Source of the DNA: Alphaproteobacteria bacterium | GTDB lineage: Bacteria; Pseudomonadota; Alphaproteobacteria; Rickettsiales; UBA3002 | Assembly (NCBI GenBank): GCA_030427685.1 | Contig: JAUIBB010000003.1 | Coordinates: 1 to 43,312 of the forward strand | Length of the DNA stretch: 43,312 nucleotides | Reading direction: 5' to 3' | Shown here: piece by piece, positions 40,754 to 43,312 of the stretch | Numbering within the stretch: position 1 is the stretch's first letter | Layout of the letters: every line of letters begins with the position of its first letter | Made by a program: the position numbers and the translations under genes | Notes under the pieces: generated by a model | Seen by the model: the letters and a program-made list of their open reading frames with translations, nothing else | Database searches by the model: none | Told to the model about the DNA's origin: nothing

Positions 40754-42082
40754 CTAGCCTGATGCGCGACAACGCCCTTTTAGCATTACCACTACAAACA
40801 GAATCCCCCCAATAATGGCCAGAAGCCCGCCCATTCCAAAAACACCGAGGGCTATTTTTACATCTGGCGTCAGGCTACCAAATCCACCGGCAGTCTTGCG
40901 CAAAATGCCGTATCCACCACAATAGGCCAAACCACCGATATGCATCAGTTGGCCCATGCCATAGACAATCGGCTGATAGAAGGCCAGCCGCGTTGTGGCC
41001 ACCGGGAGATAACCAAATTTAGGCATGACACTGTAAGCCACCCCCATCAGCGCCAGGGTAATACCGACAATAATACCATGGTAATGCGCAGGAATGGTAA
41101 CATTCTGTCCCGCGATCATCAGCCCAAGACCACCACCGGCAAAGAACAGGATTAACGACATAACCAGCGCCGGCACGCAGGCGTTACGAACGGATGTACG
41201 GTCTCTTCCACCCACAAGACGCCCGATAACCAGCAGCGCCATCAGGCTGGCACCTAAGCCGCCCAATTCGATCATGATGCGGGTTTCGTAGAGCGTAAAA
41301 GCGCCCGTATCGATCGGGTGCAGCACAAATCCGGCAAAGCTTGCCACCGCCCCAATCAACGCAAGCAGGTACGCCAATAGCGCCCAACGCCGCGACGGAT
41401 CCCGGGCTCCGATAGCTTCAAGCAGCACCAGCCATGCGGTCATGACAATCGCAACAAAGCTGAACTGCATGATATGGCCACCTGCCCAGAACAGCGCCTC
41501 GTAATGCTCCGCAGGCAGTAGCCCGGGGGGAAGATCCTGCGCACTCAGGTAATAACCGGCAAGCGCCAGCAAGAGAATCAGCGCCGCCGTCAGCCATCCC
41601 CAGTCTGTGACCTGTAATGCGCGCAAGCGACTTGTCAGCAAATGCGCCGCAATGATCGGGATCACCAATAACAGCAACCCCGTGAACAATATGCCGAGCG
41701 ACAGCAGGAATAGCCCATTATGCAATACAGGGATGTAGTTACTCTTCACCACCTCCCAATGCGTATCCAGTGGCGAACAGGTAATCAGCGCCGTTGCCAG
41801 CGCTGTCATAGCAAAAGCAGCCTTGCCCCAATACGGCCAACGCGCTTCATGGCGCTCCATCACCAGTGAAATCCCCATCCCCAGCATCGCAAAAAACCAG
41901 ATCAGCACCGACAGGTCGACATGCACGACCAGCGCCACGTCGAACAGCTCCTGCGTCATTCCCAATGCCTTTAACTGCGGCGTACGCGCGATTACAGGAA
42001 TCAAGGCATAAAGCCCGGCAAAGGCCAGCGCCGCAACGCCCAGCCATAGCCAGCGCTCAGCAAGTGAGGTGTGTTTTTTCAT
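40754..42082 (-). CDS. Divergent heme-copper oxidase subunit I-like membrane protein
   Basis: ~12 hydrophobic segments; VHVD, WAGGH, AHYHG and GYGILRK occupy the positions of COX1 helix II, VI, X and loop XI-XII motifs; start set at ATG 42082. Confidence 0.75.
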   Translation of the reverse strand: MKKHTSLAERWLWLGVAALAFAGLYALIPVIARTPQLKALGMTQELFDVALVVHVDLSVLIWFFAMLGMGISLVMERHEARWPYWGKAAFAMTALATALITCSPLDTHWEVVKSNYIPVLHNGLFLLSLGILFTGLLLLVIPIIAAHLLTSRLRALQVTDWGWLTAALILLLALAGYYLSAQDLPPGLLPAEHYEALFWAGGHIMQFSFVAIVMTAWLVLLEAIGARDPSRRWALLAYLLALIGAVASFAGFVLHPIDTGAFTLYETRIMIELGGLGASLMALLVIGRLVGGRDRTSVRNACVPALVMSLILFFAGGGLGLMIAGQNVTIPAHYHGIIVGITLALMGVAYSVMPKFGYLPVATTRLAFYQPIVYGMGQLMHIGGLAYCGGYGILRKTAGGFGSLTPDVKIALGVFGMGGLLAIIGGILFVVVMLKGRCRASG

Positions 42083-42170
42083 GCCTTGCACCATAGCGCC
42101 TCGCGGGGGAGCTGCAAGCGCGAATGCATGACACTTGCGCATCGCACTGCTCTTGGCTATCCAGCATGGC

Positions 42171-43217
42171 ATGAACCGATTTGCCCCCCTGTCGCCTCAC
42201 CTTCCCATCCTCAATCGCTGGCTTACACTGGCGGCTGCATTGGTAATGGCAATGGTGGTGTTGGGTGGCGCAACACGGCTGACAGAATCCGGCCTTTCGA
42301 TTGTTGAGTGGAAGCTGGTTTCCGGCATCCTGCCGCCGATGGGAAGTGCCAGCTGGGCTGCTGAATTCAAGGCCTATCAGTCCAGCCCGCAATTTCTTCA
42401 GGTGAACCATGACTTTACCCTGCATGACTTCCAACATATTTACTGGCTGGAATACCTGCATCGCCTGCTGGGTCGTGTGATTGGCCTGCTGATCGCTGGC
42501 GGCACAGTTTTCTTTGGCCTACGCCGCTATCTGCCACGGGCTTTACTACTACGCATGCTGGGTATTTCGCTTCTCGTCGCCGCGCAGGGAACCGTGGGCT
42601 GGATTATGGTTGCCAGCGGCCTTGAGCATGCACCAAGGGTCGCCCCCATCAAGCTCGCCCTTCACCTGCTACTTGCCTTTAGCCTTTATAGCGCCCTGCT
42701 ATGGACCCGCTGGCAAATGCTGGGTCATGAGCGCTTCTTGATTCCACGCAGCATGGCTATCGCAACGCGAGGACTGCTAACGCTGGTGATCGTTCAGGTT
42801 ATTTTTGGCGCATTGGTTGCAGGTCTCCGCGCCGGACTCAGCTATAATAGCTACCCGCTGATGGACGGGCAGTTTATTCCCGATGGGTTGCACCTGATGC
42901 AGCCCTGGTGGCGCAACCATCTGGAGAATGTCATGACCGTGCAATTTCAGCACCGCATGGGAGCAATTGCCGCATTTCTTGGCGTAGTATGGCTGGCGGT
43001 GTACGGCTATTCCAAGACCCCTGCCCTGCGTCCTGCACTGCGCATATTGCTGATGGTGACAATCGTACAATTTTCTCTGGGGGTCGCCACTTTACTATCC
43101 GGTGTGGCGCTGTGGCTGGCGATTGCACATCAGCTCGTCGCCCTGCTGTTGATTGGTATTCTGGTACGCATCTGCTACCGCGCGCCCCTAAAATGCCAGC
43201 AAACACAAGAAAAATAG
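42171..43217 (+). CDS. ctaA: Heme A synthase (COX15/CtaA type 2)
   Basis: GGATRLTESGLSIVEW, WLEYLHRLLGR, QGTVGWIMV, LALHL, VQFQHR, AHQ; start moved to ATG 42171. Confidence 0.94.
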   Translation: MNRFAPLSPHLPILNRWLTLAAALVMAMVVLGGATRLTESGLSIVEWKLVSGILPPMGSASWAAEFKAYQSSPQFLQVNHDFTLHDFQHIYWLEYLHRLLGRVIGLLIAGGTVFFGLRRYLPRALLLRMLGISLLVAAQGTVGWIMVASGLEHAPRVAPIKLALHLLLAFSLYSALLWTRWQMLGHERFLIPRSMAIATRGLLTLVIVQVIFGALVAGLRAGLSYNSYPLMDGQFIPDGLHLMQPWWRNHLENVMTVQFQHRMGAIAAFLGVVWLAVYGYSKTPALRPALRILLMVTIVQFSLGVATLLSGVALWLAIAHQLVALLLIGILVRICYRAPLKCQQTQEK

Positions 43218-43270
43218 ATAAATGACTTGCGCCATATCGGTAGGCTGCTAGTTAAAAAGCGAGGAAAAGA

Positions 43271-43312
43271 ATGTCACAGACCATCCAGTATGACGCTATT
43301 TTTGAGCAATCC
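43271..43312 (+). CDS. Start of a downstream gene (MSQTIQYDAIFEQS...), truncated by window
   Basis: GAGGA SD followed by ATG, frame open to window end; too short to identify. Confidence 0.45.
   Translation, partial: MSQTIQYDAIFEQS

Overview
Gene-dense core chromosome of an alphaproteobacterium. The short HPrK/EIIA/HPr set, split PntAA/PntAB/PntB, GapR, DUF465 proteins and a Rickettsia-type 17-kDa antigen point to this class; purine, Trp and chorismate biosynthesis plus glycolysis genes suggest it is not a reduced endosymbiont (inference). Order: 'pheT, orphan, purK-purE, pntAA-pntAB-pntB, rpsU, gapR, a ~650-bp non-coding region (AT-rich tract, perfect parS, hairpin-rich segment), DUF465, npr-EIIA-hprK-hpf, lone cpaF, orphan, rpoN-lptBAC-kdsD-rnd-eno-DUF805-kdsA-pyrG-secG-tpiA, ppiD-trpE-lipoprotein-trpG-trpD-trpC, comEC, gltX-def-orphan-fmt, DUF465, htpG-aroC-orphan-fabI, 17-kDa lipoprotein, a degenerate heme-copper oxidase subunit I homolog head-to-head with ctaA, and a partial gene. 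No tRNA, rRNA, CRISPR, transposase or prophage was seen. Most notable: (1) the oxidase-like protein lacking the CuB His-His pair and crosslink Tyr, paired with heme A synthase via mirror-image promoters; (2) rnd can only keep its catalytic motif by starting at ATC; (3) a parS and a DnaA box flanking gapR; (4) a palindromic, G4-capable repeat read in frame inside aroC within a GC-shifted fabI-aroC block; (5) an orphan protein and lone cpaF sharing a CtrA-like promoter motif. All calls are by eye, without database searches.
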